A model generated the notes under the pieces. It had not been told where the DNA came from. It saw only the letters and a list, made by a program, of their open reading frames with translations, and ran no database searches. A stretch of 64,000 nucleotides of DNA from Pristiophorus japonicus (taxonomy: Eukaryota), in NCBI RefSeq assembly GCF_044704955.1, contig NC_091985.1, positions 211,420,001 through 211,484,000 of the forward strand, given 5' to 3'. Positions 12,001 to 23,990 of the stretch are shown here, one piece after another. The first letter of the stretch is position 1. Each line of letters begins with the position of its first letter. The position numbers and the translations under genes were made by a program.

Positions 12001-12422
12001 TATCCAGCGCAGGCGCACGGCGAGCGGTCCCGCCCCACAGCACCGACACCACCTGTGACGTCTCTAGGTAACGGTTAAACGGCCGCAATTTTTGAAATCA
12101 GGAACTACGTGACCCCCGAGCTGCCCAGCGCGCCTTCATCACAGTGGGCGGGGCTCTGCGGCGCTGCCGACTCCTATTGGTGAGAGTGGCTGGCAATCTG
12201 CTTCGTGCAGCCAACAGACGACCGGGAATTCTCTGAAGGTCATTAATTTATGCAGAACGCGCTCTGTGCTCGGTGCCACTCTCCATCAGTCCCCGGATGC
12301 CGGGCAGTTTGCTGTAACCAGCGGTTGGACAATGTGGGGAACCGGGGGCAGCAGGGAACCGGACTGATGGTGGGCGGCTGGGGCCGGGGCAGAGCGCACG
12401 GCTGGCGGGCGGGGAGGGTGCG
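12000..12422 (+). promoter_or_regulatory. CpG-rich promoter and probable non-coding exon 1 of the downstream ZNF gene
   Basis: CpG-dense; CRE-like TGACGTC ~12056, GC box GGGCGGGGC ~12146, inverted CCAAT ~12176; strong donor GCG|GTGAGT at 12423. Confidence 0.6.
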
Positions 12423-12506
12423 GTGAGTCTGTGAGAGAAAACATCGAACTGAACACACAGCCCTGGAGCTCGGTTTGGGGACATGCGGGAGATAGACTGA
12501 AACTTC

Positions 12507-13172
12507 CAGTGAGATCAGACAGTGTGTAACCCGGGGGCCCAGTGAGATCAGACAGTGTGTAACCCGGGGGCCCAGTGAGATCAGACAGTGTGTACCCGGG
12601 GGCCCGGTGAGATCAGACAGTGTGTAACCCGGGGCCCAGTGAGATCAGACAGCGTGTAACCCGGGGGCCCAGTGAGATCAGACACTGTGTAACCCGGGGC
12701 CCAGTGAAATCAGACAGCGTGTAACCCGGGGGCCCAGTGAGATCAGACAGCGTGTAACCCGGGGGCCCAGTGAGTTCAGACGGTGTGTAACCCGGGGGGC
12801 CCAGTGAGATCAGACAGTGTGTAACCCGGGGGCCCAGTGAGATCAGACAGCGTGTAACCCGGGGGCCCAGTGAGTTCAGACGGTGTGTAACCCGGGGGCC
12901 CAGTGAGATCAGACAGTGTGTAACCCGGGGGCCCAGTGAGATCAGACAGTGTGTAATCCGGGGGCCCAGTGAGATCAGACAGTCTGTAACCCGGGGGGCC
13001 CAGTGAGATCAGACAGTGTGTAACCTGGGGGCCCGGTGAGATCAGACAGTCTGTAACCCGGGGGGCCCAGTGAGATCAGACAGTGTGTAACCCGGGGGCC
13101 CGGTGAGATCAGACTGTGTGTAACCCGGGGAGGATGGGCCCAGTGAGATCAGTTAGTGTGTAATCCGGGGAG
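12507..13172 (+). repeat. 33-bp minisatellite (~20 copies)
   Basis: Unit CAGTGAGATCAGACAGTGTGTAACCCGGGGGCC, near-identical copies. Confidence 0.97.
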
Positions 13173-13347
13173 AATTCTGGTGATTTTCTGTAAGTCCAGA
13201 CGGGCGGGACAGGAATCTTGAGGAATAGGATAAAATCAAACAGAAATACTGGACATAGACTTTTCTGAAACATTGGAAAAACACTTTACACTACATTCCA
13301 CTTCACAACATTAATATTCTTCTAATTTTCTGCCCTTTCATAATTAG

Positions 13348-13513
13348 ATCTCCCGGTGAATGGCGGAGTGATTGAGAAAGTTCCACAGCTGGAAGGAAAC
13401 CGGGATTGTGGACTGAGGAACAACAGCAGGTGAACCAGCACAGGATTGTGAGAGCACCAACCAGTGAGCCCCTTCCGATTGAATGCGCTTCAATAGATTG
13501 ACTGGGGAGAAAG
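13348..13513 (+). other. Probable non-coding exon 2 of the ZNF gene
   Basis: Acceptor TTTTCTGCCCTTTCATAATTAG| and donor AAG|GTAAGA; stops in all three frames. Confidence 0.45.
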
Positions 13514-14089
13514 GTAAGAGAAAGTGCCATTTACTCAGCTACACACCGGTCCTGTAGACAGTACACACAGGTTACAAGGTAAGGCAGGAAATGAGACTGG
13601 GAGAGACTGACCACCGAGCACAATTATCCAGCATGAGGCCGTGCAATGGGATGTGAAGTGAGATCACTTTCTGTCTCTAAACACACAGTCACAGTGAATC
13701 TTGTGTGTGTTTTAGAGTAAAGGGCTTTGATCTAAGAGGTGACTCCAGTTTGAGGCAGAGACCAGCAGATGGACCCGTCTCTGTACATTCGGTGGGGCTG
13801 AACTCACACCGACACCATCAGATCTCAGTGTTCAAATATTTCCCATCTGGTGAGAAAGCCATTGGAAAGATTGAACTGGAAGCATCATAGTCAATTCATT
13901 GATCACGATGCACAGACCAATCTGAAATACCAGCACGGCCTATTACTGACAGAATCAATTATTCATTCATGAACATTTGGAATTAACAGAAAATATATTG
14001 ATAAGTACTACTATTGAAGCATTGATCACTCGAGGTATGTAGTATTCTAATGTACTGAAACACAGATATGGAGAGTTGCAATTTATTAA

Positions 14090-15075
14090 TTGGCGTCGTA
14101 CTTGACCCTGAGATGAGCTTCCGAACCCATATTCCCTCAATCACCAAGTACGTTTACTTCCAGCTCCATAACATCGCCGGTCTCTGCCCCTTCCTCAGCT
14201 CAACTGCTCAAACCCTCATCCATGCCTCTGTTACCGCTACATTGGACTATTTCCAATGCTCTCCTGATCGGCCTCACACCTCGCACTCTCCGCAAGCTTA
14301 CGCTTATCAAAAACACTCCTGCCCGTATCCTTACTCAAGAACACAAGAAGTAGCAGCAGGCGTAGGCCATACGGCCCTTCCGTCTGCTCCGCCATTCAGT
14401 AAGATCTCTATTCAATACAGAATTTCAAAGATTCACAACTCTTAAGTGAAGAAATATCTTATCTCAGTCTTAAATGGCCGATCTCTTATCCTAATACTAG
14501 GACCACTAGCTCTAGACTATCCAGCCCTTGTCAATTCTATGTTTCAATGATATCACCTTCCATTCTTCTAAACTCCAGAGAATATAGGCCTATTCGACTC
14601 AATCTGTCCTCAGCCCTCTCATCCCAACTTGTACCAATTTCCATTCACCCATCACCCCTGTGCTCACTGAACTACATTGGCTCCTGCTCCATCGATTTCA
14701 AAATGCTCAACCTTGTTTTGAAATCCGTCCAGGACCTTGCCCCTCCCGATTGCTGTAACCTCCTCCAGCCCTGCAACCCTCAGAGATATTTGCATTCCTC
14801 CAATTCTGGCCTCTTGAGCAGCCCCAATTTTCATCCCTCCAATATTGGTGGCCATACCTTCAGCTGCCGAGGCCATAAGCTCTGGAATTCCCTCCCTAAA
14901 TCTCTCCACCTTCAAAATGCTCCTTAATACCTATCCTTTTGAACAAGCTTTTAATCCTGTTGTAGTATTTCCTTACGTGACTGGGTATCAAATTCTGTTT
15001 GCTAACGGTCCTGTGAAGTGCCTTGGGACATTTTACTGTGTTTAAGGCTCGATATAAATGCAATTTGTTGCTGAT
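14090..15075 (+). mobile_element. L2 3' fragment interrupted by a deleted minus-strand CR1 piece (~14337-14612)
   Basis: GVVLDPEMSF...LIHASVT..LDY; resumes ATCACCCCTGTGCTCACTGAACTACATTGGCTCC; tail TATAAATGCAATTTGTTG. Confidence 0.8.
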
Positions 15076-15184
15076 AACTGAAGATATTTTAAATTGTAAA
15101 ATAACAAAACTGCAGGTATGGGGAATTGCAATAGACTGATAACTGCAGAGGAAGAGGATTGTTTTGTATTGCTAACAGCATGAA

Positions 15185-15297
15185 TTATTTTAACGTGAGG
15201 TGGCCATTGCACACCGGCTACCACAAGGGCTTGGCAGAGCAAGGTCTTGGTCCAATGGCAAGGGGATCCAAGACGGCTGGACACCAAGCTCTGCTGC
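15185..15297 (-). mobile_element. Fragment of RTE-tailed short element
   Basis: Reverse complement of the core at 32655-32770 and 48700-48805. Confidence 0.7.
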
Positions 15298-15299
15298 TT

Positions 15300-15568
15300 G
15301 TTTCCTCTGGTACTGACACTCACGGGTACATTTTTCTCTGGCACTGACTCACTGGGGAACAGTTTCCTGGCACTGACTCTCACTGGGGTACAGTTTCCTC
15401 TGGCACTGACTCTCACTGGGGTACAGTTTCCTTTGGCACTGACTCTCACTGGGGTACAGTTTCCTCTGGCACTGACTCTCACTGGGGTACAGTTTCCTCT
15501 GGCACTGACTCTCACTGGGGTACAGTTTCCTCTGGCACTGACTCTCACTGGGGTACAGTTTCCTCTGA
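15300..15568 (+). repeat. 33-bp minisatellite (~8 copies)
   Basis: Unit GGCACTGACTCTCACTGGGGTACAGTTTCCTCT; produces spurious 11-aa repeat ORFs. Confidence 0.95.
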
Positions 15569-15855
15569 CACAGATTTACTGTGTATCTAATTCGTGCTGT
15601 CCCTGCCCTGGGAGTGCTTGATGGGACAGTACAAAGGGAGCTTCGCTCTTTACCGAACCCGTGCTGTACCTGACCTGGAATTGTTTGTTGGGACAATGTA
15701 GAGGGAGCTTTGCTCTGTATCTAACCCGTGCTCTACCTGCCCTGTGAGCTTTGTTGGGTCGCTGTAGGGGAAGCTTTCCTCTGAATCTAACCTGTACTCT
15801 ACCTGCCCGAGTTGTATCTGATGGGACAGTATAGAGAGAGGTTTACTCTGTATCT

Positions 15856-16970
15856 CATCATCATCATTAGCAGTACCTTGAAACATAGAAAATAGGAGCA
15901 GGAGTAGGCCATTCGGCCCTTCATGCCTGCACCACCATTCAGTATGATCATGGCTGATCATGCAACTTCAGTGCCCCATTCCTGCTTTCTCTCCAGACTC
16001 CTTGATCCCTTTAGCTAAAAGGGTCACATCTAACTCCCTTTTGAATATAACTAATGAACTGGCCTCAACAACTTTTTGTGATGGAGAATTTAACAGGTTT
16101 ACAATTCTCTGAGTGAAGAAGTTTCTCCTCATCTCGGTCCTAAATGGCTGACCCCTTATCCTTAGGCTGTGACCCCTGGTTCTGGACTTCCCCAACATTA
16201 GGAACATTCTTCCTGCGTCTAACCTGTCCAATCCCGTCAGAATGTTATATTTTTCTGTGAGATCCCCTCTCATTCTTCTAAATTCCAGTGAATATAAGCC
16301 TAGTCGATCCAGTCTTTCTTCATATGTCAGTCCTGCCATCCCGGGAATCAGTCTGGTGAACCTTCGCTGCACTCCCTCAATAGCAAGAATGTCCTTCCTC
16401 AGATTAGGAGACCAAAACTGTACACAATATTCAAGGTATTGCCTCACCAAGGCCCTGTACAACTGCAGTAAGACTTCCCTGCTCCTATACTCAAATCCTC
16501 TCGCTATGAAGACCAACATGCCATTTACCTTCTTCACCGCATGCTGTACCTGCATGCCAACTTTCAATGACTGATGTACCATGACACCCAGGTCTCATTG
16601 CACCTCCCCTTTTCCTAATCTGTCACCATTCAGATAATATTCTACCTTCCTGTTTTTGCCACCAAAGTGGATAACCTCACATTTATCTACATTATACTGC
16701 ATCTGCCATGCATTTACCCACTCACCTAACCTGTCCAAGTCACCCTGCAGCCTCTTGGCATCCTCCTCACAGCTCACACTGCCACCCAGCTTAGTGTCAT
16801 CTGCAAACGAGGATGACTTGCTTCCTCGCCAAAAAAGGATGAGTTCACAGGTGTTTCAATGAAGGACCTAATATTCCAGATCCTGAACTACATCCTGAAG
16901 GGTGGAAGATGCCTGTGCGTGGCTTTTTTTAACGTGTGGTGGCCGTTGCACGCCAGCCACCACATGGGAA
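15856..16970 (-). mobile_element. RTE-tailed short element split by a CR1 insertion
   Basis: (CAT)n tail at 15856; body resumes at 16807 GAGGATGACTTGCTTCC. TSD ACTCTGTATCT (15845-15855) / ACTCAGTATCT (16971-16981). Confidence 0.75.
15882..16806 (-). mobile_element. CR1 LINE 3' portion
   Basis: ORFs 15968-16582 and 16595-16777 encode the CR1 RT C-terminus; CR1 tail. Confidence 0.95.
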
Positions 16971-17397
16971 ACTCAGTATCTAATCTGTGCTGTGCCTGTC
17001 CTGGCATTGTTTGATGGGACAGTGTAAATGGAGGTTTACTCTGTATCTAATCCGTGCTGTTACCTGCCTTGGGAGTGTTTGACGGGACAGTGTAAATTGG
17101 GCTTTATGCTGTATCTAATGTTTACTGTACCCGCCTTGGAAATATTTGATGGGACAGTGTGGAGGGAACTTTACACTGTATCCAATCCATGCTATATCTG
17201 TCCTGTGAGTGTTTGATGGGACAGTGTAGAGGGAGCTTTGCTTTGTATTTAACCCGTGCTGTACCTGCCCCTGAAGTGTTTTTGGGACAGTGCAGAGGGA
17301 GCTTTACTCTGCACCTAACCCGTGTTGTACCTGCACTGGGAGTGTTTGATGGGATAATGTAGAGGGAGGTTTACTGTATATCTAACCTGTGCTAACC

Positions 17398-18297
17398 TAG
17401 CAAGTTGTGAGGAGGACGCAAAGAATTTACAAACAAATATAGATAGGCTAAGTGAGTGGGCAAAGCTTTGGCAGATGGAGTATAATGTGGGAAAATGTGA
17501 GGGTATCCATGTTAGTAGGAGTAATAAAAAAGCAAATTATTATTTAAATTGTGAGAGATTACAAAATGCGGTGGTACAGTGGGATCTGGGGGTCCTTGTA
17601 CATGAAACACAAACATTCAGCATGCAGTTACTGCAATTAATTATGAAGGCAAATGGAATGTTGGCCTTTATTGCAAGGGGGATGGAGTATAAAAGTAGGG
17701 AAGTCCTGCTCCAACTGTACATGGTATTGGTGAGACCACAACTGGAGTACTGCGTACAGTTTTAGTCTCCTTATTTCAGGAAGGATATACTTGCACTGGA
17801 GGCAGTTCAGAGAAGGTTACGAGGTTGATTGCTGAGATGAAGGGGTTGTCATAATGAGAAAGGTTGAGCAGGTTGGGCCTGTACACATTGGAGTTTAGAA
17901 GACTTAGAGGTGATCTTATTGAAACGTATAAGATTCTGAGGGGGCTTGACAGGGTAGATACAGAGAGGATGTTTCCCCACGTGAGGGAATCTAGCACTAG
18001 GGGGGCATAGTTTCAGAATAAGGGGTCGCTCATTTAAAAGGGAAATCAGGAGGTGTTTTTTCTCTGAGGGTTGTGAATCTTTGGAATTCGTTACCTCAGA
18101 GAGCTGTGGGGGCTGGGTCATTGAATGTACTTAAGGTGGGGATAGACAGATTCTTGAAAGATAAGGGAGTCAAGGATTATGGGGAGTGGGCAGGGAAGTG
18201 GAGTTAAGGCCTGAATCTGATCAGCCATGATCTTATTGAATGGCGGAGCAGGCTCGAGGGGCCAAAATGGTCTACTCTGCTTCTATTTCTTATGTTC
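17398..18297 (+). mobile_element. CR1 LINE 3' portion
   Basis: WQMEYNVGKC...RPQLEYCVQF; tail TTTCTTATGTTC. Confidence 0.92.
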
Positions 18298-18309
18298 CAT
18301 ACCTGCCCT

Positions 18310-18813
18310 TGTTGATTCCTGGATTCTTTTATCTCAATCTGGTTCAGCAAAATTACTGAAACGAATACCGTTTGTGCTTTAAACAAAGCAAGCTTTTATT
18401 TAAAAAGCAAATCCCGATCGGGGACTTTATCAGACAGAAGGAATGCAAGTCTGTTCGAACGCACTCACTTCCTACGGACAAAGTGACGTTACATTGTAAA
18501 GGGACGATGGTTATACATTTTCGGCAAAAGATAACAAGATAGGGCCAGAGTGACATCCCAGCTCAGCCCATCTCTTTTGATCCCTCCTTCCCTTTGTCCA
18601 CTCATAAGCCGACCCAAGCATGGTCCGATTTTAAACAAAGACCTTCTGTCAATGTTTCAGGTTAATAACATGATTTAATAAGACCTTGAGGTTTTTCTGC
18701 AAGCTGTGGGTTTTGTTTCAATATGTGTTAGTGTTGTAACATTTCCAGTCTCGAGTCTGAGATGTCATGGCTATTCCTCCATGAATTGTTTGTTAGCTTA
18801 TACTGTCCCTATA
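18310..18813 (-). mobile_element. ERV LTR, inverted, lacking ~50 bp of its U3 end
   Basis: Reverse complement of 21431-21922; starts TGTTGATT (= terminal AATCAACA). Confidence 0.88.
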
Positions 18814-20360
18814 GTACGGTGTCGATCTTGTATATCACTTGGTCCGCCTAGGCTCTGGGTAAGATAACTGTCTCCACGTCGCCCCGTGGTGGTTTCAATC
18901 AGGACTAATTAGGACCCTGATCCAACGTGCGGCGACACAGGATGGGTAATTTAGATAAAACTACGAATTCCCTGAAAGGTCATGGATCCAAAAATTAATA
19001 GGAAAGAAGAGAACGTCTGTTTTAAATGAGAAATGCTTGTGTGATTTTTACTGTGGAAAAAAAAAAGCCGGGGAGTTGTGGTTTGTTTTAGCTCCACCCA
19101 CTTTTTCAAACAGAATAAAAGTTTTTTTTAACCCTTCGTAGTGTTGTCCTGTATGTGGGAGTATGAACCTTATTGAATTACAAAGTTTGAATCGGGATTT
19201 TGAGATATTCAGAGAAGGCACAGAAAATACTGAGATGGATTCAAAAGGATTCAAAAAAAATATTATATTAAATAACACGACCTTGAGGCTGGAACAATTG
19301 AGATAACGAAAAGCAGTCCACAGCCTACGTGTAAATGTCAACAATTGTAATTAAGTGCTGTTTGGAGGGCAGTGTCATTTATTTAAAATTTTGTACATCA
19401 ACAACAATAGCAGGAATCAGTGAGTGTAGATGAACGTGCCAGACTTCCCTCCAGTTATGGAAAAGACGGAAAAAAAAGATGTAACGTACTAAATAGGTGC
19501 TGGAAAAAAAAATGTGTTCTGAGATTTTAAATTATGAGAAAAATTCCACTGCAGTCTAAAAAAAATCACTCCTGTCGAGTTGGCAGAAAAACTCCATTAA
19601 ATTAGGGCTTTCATTGACAGAAGGAAGACATATTAAAAACCGTAGACATCTTAAAGAAAGAGTGCACACACGAGAAATGTATTCAGAGTTCCACTGGGAC
19701 CTCTGAGAAATGTATCGATAGACTACTTAGTTAAAATGGTTGGCTTTGCATTGACCGAGGCTGATGACGAAATTGAATTTCAGTAAACAAATAGCTATTA
19801 AAAATTTGTGGTCTCGTTTTAAATCAATTAAAAAAATATCTTTGGCAAGTACTTGAATAAGAAGTTAAAAAATATTGGAGTTTAATCAAATGCTGCCTTT
19901 CCTGATGAAAAGATTTTTTTTTCAGATGGTTACGTGAAGTCACGTAATGACATCAGGTCTTCTTACAAACCTGTAAAGGAGTTAACCCTTTCCATTGACA
20001 GCCGTTTCATACTGAACATTATCAATTTGGATTTCTTAATAGAAAAATGACTCACCTAACAGAGGAATGGTGCGATAGTCAGAATAAAAATAAAAACAGA
20101 ACTAGCTTATGTAATAATACTTGCCTGATACAATAAAGAAATAGATACTCAAACAAAACAAATTGAAGAGTTAAAAGGCTAAGATAAATAAGCTGAAAGG
20201 GATCCACAAACCCAACTTAACCCTGACCTCCGATTTCACGGAGTGACCTCGACATGCATGGACAGAATCAAGGGACCTGTGGGCCCTGGTAAAGCAAACC
20301 CTGAGCCCAACTGAGCATGCCCGATTTCTAACTCACTTAGGACGTGCTACTCATGATGCA

Positions 20361-21102
20361 TTGTTGGTTGCTCACCCTAACGATGTCCAGGATCGCCTAA
20401 ACGCTATCTTTAATGCTCTCACCACGACCCTTCAGAAGCCCATCAGTATGGCCGCAGTATTAGAAACTAAACCCAAACGAGAAGAAACTGCCGATGAATT
20501 CATGGAAAGATTTATTGAAATATACGGAAGTCAATCAGGAGATAATGCCTTCAGGGCAGGAGAGGATTCTCCTCAATTCTGCGCTATCCTACTTCAGTGC
20601 CTGCCCAATTCTATTGCTCACGCTATCCGGACAAATAATATGAATTGGGCAGATATCAGTAAAGCGCAGATGGAAAGGGCGGTTAAATATTATTGGCAGG
20701 AAAAGAAAGGAGAGGGGGGAGGTACGCCCCCAACCCAGGTCAAGACTGAATACATGACTAGAAAGGAAGAGCCGCCTCGGGTGGAAGGACCAAAACCGGA
20801 CCCAAGGTGATACCAGATGGAACCGCAGTGTTGCGTGCAGGGTTGGGTGGATAAACAGGGATACGGTTATATCAAACACCCAAATGGCCCGGGCCCTGCT
20901 AATTACGGACCGCCCTACTGTCCCCGGCCTGGTATGGGAAGACGAGATGGATGCTTTATTTGTGGGCAAGAAGGACATTGGAATAGAAATTGTCCCTCCC
21001 GTCAGCACGAAAAAGGAAGAGGAAGGGGGGAAGAGGACGGGGATCTTACACTAACTTCTCCCAGAACAACCCCTTTGGCCACCGTCCCCCGATTCTTATT
21101 GA
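20361..21102 (+). pseudogene. gag: gag (CA-NC), with in-frame stop at 20808-20810 and a later frameshift
   Basis: ORFs 20361-20810 and 20817-21140 share one frame; CX2CX4HX4C knuckle present. Confidence 0.8.
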
Positions 21103-21378
21103 CTGCGCAACTTGATTGTGCAGGGACCCTCCCCGGATGACAAACCGATGATATTGTTAAAAATTCGGAATGAGTGGCAACCCTTCTTGATAGATACGGG
21201 AGCCTTCATGTCTTCTGTACAATCAAAGCTTAAACTCCCCACCTTCACTGAAACACAGGAACTGTCAGGATTCCTGGAACAAGTATCTACATTCCCGGTG
21301 TCAGAACCGGTTAAAATGGGTTACCAGGAAGAATCGGTGGAACATCGATTTGTTATCACAACCAATCTGGACTGCAAC
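21103..21378 (+). pseudogene. pro: Retroviral aspartic protease, cut off by LTR
   Basis: PFLIDTGAFMSSV...HRFVITTNLDCN, then LTR; the expected LLGRD-type motif is missing. Confidence 0.8.
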
Positions 21379-21922
21379 TGTGAATGTTTAAAAATGTATC
21401 GAGACATTGAAGTTGAGAACGTGGGAATTGTATAGGGACAGTATAAGCTAACAAAGAATTCATGGAGGAATAGCCATGACATCTCAGACTCGAGACTGCG
21501 AAATGTTACAACACTAACACATATCGAAACAAAACCCACAGCTTGCAGAAAAACCTCAAGGTCTTATTAAATCATGTTATTAACCTGAAACATTAACAGA
21601 AGGTCTTTGTTTAAAATCAGACCATACTTAGGTCGGCTTATGAGTGGACAAAGGGAAAGAGGGATCAAAAGGGATAGGCTGAACTAGGATGTCACTCTAG
21701 CCCTATCTTGTTATCTTTTACCGAAAATGTATAACCGTCGTCCCTTTACAATGTAACTTCACTTGTCCGTAGGAAGTGTGTACGCTCTATCAAGAGAGTA
21801 CTCCTTCTGTCTGATAAGTCTCGGCCGGTAAGAAATAAAGACTGCTTTGTTTAAAGCACAACGGTATTCGACTCAGTGATTTCACTGAACCAGATTGAAG
21901 GAAAAGAACTCAGAAATCAACA
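21379..21922 (+). mobile_element. ERV LTR (complete, 544 bp)
   Basis: TGTGAATG...AATCAACA termini (the same terminal motifs as the solo LTR at 41351-41902); AATAAA at ~21834. Confidence 0.88.
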
Positions 21923-22495
21923 TTGTACCTGCCTTGTGAGTGATTGATGGGACACTGCAGAGGGAGCTTTCCTCTGTATCTATCCCGTACTCTACCTGCC
22001 CTGTGAGCTTTGATGGGTTGGTGTAGGGTAAGCTTTCCTCTGTATCTAACCCGTACTCTACCTGCCCTCGTTGTGTTTGATGGGACAGTGTAGTGGGAGC
22101 TTTCTGCTATATTGAATCCGGACTGTACCTGCTCGAGGAATGTTTGATGGGGCAGTTTAGAGGGAGATTTGTTCTGCATCGAACCCGTGCTGTACCTGCC
22201 CTGGCATTGTTTGATCGGGGAGAATAGAGGAAGCTTTACCCTCTGCCTAACCCATGCTTTACCTGCCCTTGGAGTGTTTGTTGGCCGGTGTAGAACAAGC
22301 TTTACTCTGTATCTAACCTGTGCTGTACCTCCCCTGGGAGTGTTTGTTAGGGAAGTGTAGAGGGATTTTTACTTTGTACCTAACCTGTGCTGTACCTGCT
22401 CTGGCATTGTTTGATGGGCCAGTATAGAGGTATCCAACTTGTGCTATGCCGGCCCTGGGAGTATTTGATGGGACAGTATAGAGGGAGCTTTACTA

Positions 22496-23990
22496 AGACC
22501 CGAGGTTGCAAGCCATCAGATCCAGGGGGCTTTTCCACCTTTCATCCCATTATTTTACTGAGCACTTTTTCTTTAGTGATTGCTTTAAGTTCCTCCCGCG
22601 CTATAGCCGCTTGATTATCTATTATTGGGGTGTTTTTAATGTCTTCTACCGTGCAGACTGATACAAAATATTTGTTCAACGTCTCTGCCATTTCCCTGTT
22701 CCCCATTATTAATTCCCCAGTCTCATCCTCTAAGGACCAACATTTACTTTAGCTACCCTATCCTTTTTACATACCTGTAGAAGCTCTTTTTATATTGCTT
22801 GCTAGTTTACTCTCATAATCTACCTTCCCTCTCTTTATTATTTCTTTAGTCATCATTTGCTGTTTTTAAAAACATTTGCCAATGCTCTGGCCTCCCACTA
22901 ACCTTGGTCACTTTGTATGCCATTGTTTTCAATTTGATCCCATCCTTTACTTCCTTCATTAACCGAGGATAGTTCTCTCGTTGCTTAAAGTCTTTCCTTC
23001 TCACCGAAATATATTTGCTCGTGGCTCGGGTAGTAATCCAGAGATTATTGCCTTTGTGGTTCTGCTTTTTAATTTAGCCCCTAGCTGCTCAAAATCCTTC
23101 AGCAGAACCCCTTTCTTTGTTCTACCTATGTAATTGGTACCTACGTGGACCACGACAACTGGATCTTCCCCCTCCTATTCCAATCCCTCTTCAGCCCAGA
23201 GGAGATGTCCTGAACCTTGGCACTGCGCAGGCATCACAGCCTTCGGGACTCACGCACTCGGCTGCAGAGAACAGTATCTATCTCCGAAACTATACTGTTT
23301 CCGATCACTACAACATTTCTTTTTACTCCCCCTACTTGAATGGCCTCCTGTACCATGGCACTGTGGTCAGTTTGCTCATCCTCCCTGCAGTCCCTGCCCT
23401 CGTCCAAACAGGGAGCAAGAATCTCGTACCGTTGGACAATTGCAAGGACTGAGGCACCTCCATCACTATCTCCTGGGTCCCCACAGCTGCCTCGCTTGTA
23501 GCCACACCATCCTGTCCCTAACCACGGACCAAATTTAAATTAATTAATCTAAGGGGTGGGACTGCTTCCTGGAACACAGGGTCCAGGTAACTCTCCCCCT
23601 CCCTGATGTGTCGCAGTGTCTGCAGCTCGGAATCCAGCTCATCAACGCGGAGCCGAAGTTCCTCGAGAAACCAACACCTACTGCAGATGTGGTCGCCGTG
23701 GCCCTCAATGGGGTCAACCAGCTCCCACATGCAGCAGCAGTAACACATCGCCTGCCCTGACATCTCTAATGTATTTAATTAATTTTTCACATTTTGAAAG
23801 TTTAGATTTTTAATCCCAGCTCTTAATTTAAACCAATGCCGAAGAAAAGAGAGAAAAACTGACCAACCAATCACTTCCCTGCTTTTCTGCGACATCACAT
23901 TTTGAATCTTTTTACTTCTTATCCTCCCAGGTCACTTGGTGCTGTTTCGGCTGTCTGATCGGCTGACTCACGCCCTTTGTAGGCTTACCG
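22496..23990 (-). mobile_element. CR1 5' region: 5' UTR, ORF1 (zinc-finger/leucine-zipper N-terminus) and ORF2 fragment
   Basis: ORF 23518-23763 CYCCCMWE...HICSRCWFLEELRLRVDELDSELQTLRHIRE, typical of CR1 ORF1; 22496-23020 resembles the CR1 EN-RT linker. Confidence 0.75.

Larger units (their letters stand above)
18814..21378 (+). mobile_element. Endogenous retrovirus internal remnant (leader, gag, truncated protease; gamma/epsilon-like)
   Basis: MHR-like PKREETADEFMERFIEIY, zinc knuckle CFICGQEGHWNRNC, aspartic protease FLIDTGA. TGA-CTG gag/pro junction at 21100-21105. No RT/IN/env present. Confidence 0.85.
15575..22495 (+). repeat. ~67-bp satellite array fragmented by nested insertions (pieces 15575-15855, 16971-17397, 18298-18309, 21923-22495)
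   Basis: Unit ~ACTCTGTATCTAACCCGTGCTGTACCTGCCCTGGGAGTGTTTGATGGGACAGTGTAGAGGGAGCTTT; spacing 67-68 bp at 17041/17109/17176. Confidence 0.85.

Noticed and set aside
12507-13172. CRISPR-like regular repeat
   Set aside because: Head-to-tail units without unique spacers, eukaryotic context, no cas genes.
15042-15696. 11-aa repeat proteins on both strands (also 30-aa repeats at 49681-50169)
   Set aside because: Artefacts of 33-bp and 90-bp minisatellites with unit length divisible by three.
18310-21922. DIRS-type element (inverted terminal repeats)
   Set aside because: Has an aspartic protease and retroviral gag, no tyrosine recombinase; the repeats are integrase-type LTRs, as shown by the solo LTR with a 4-bp TSD.
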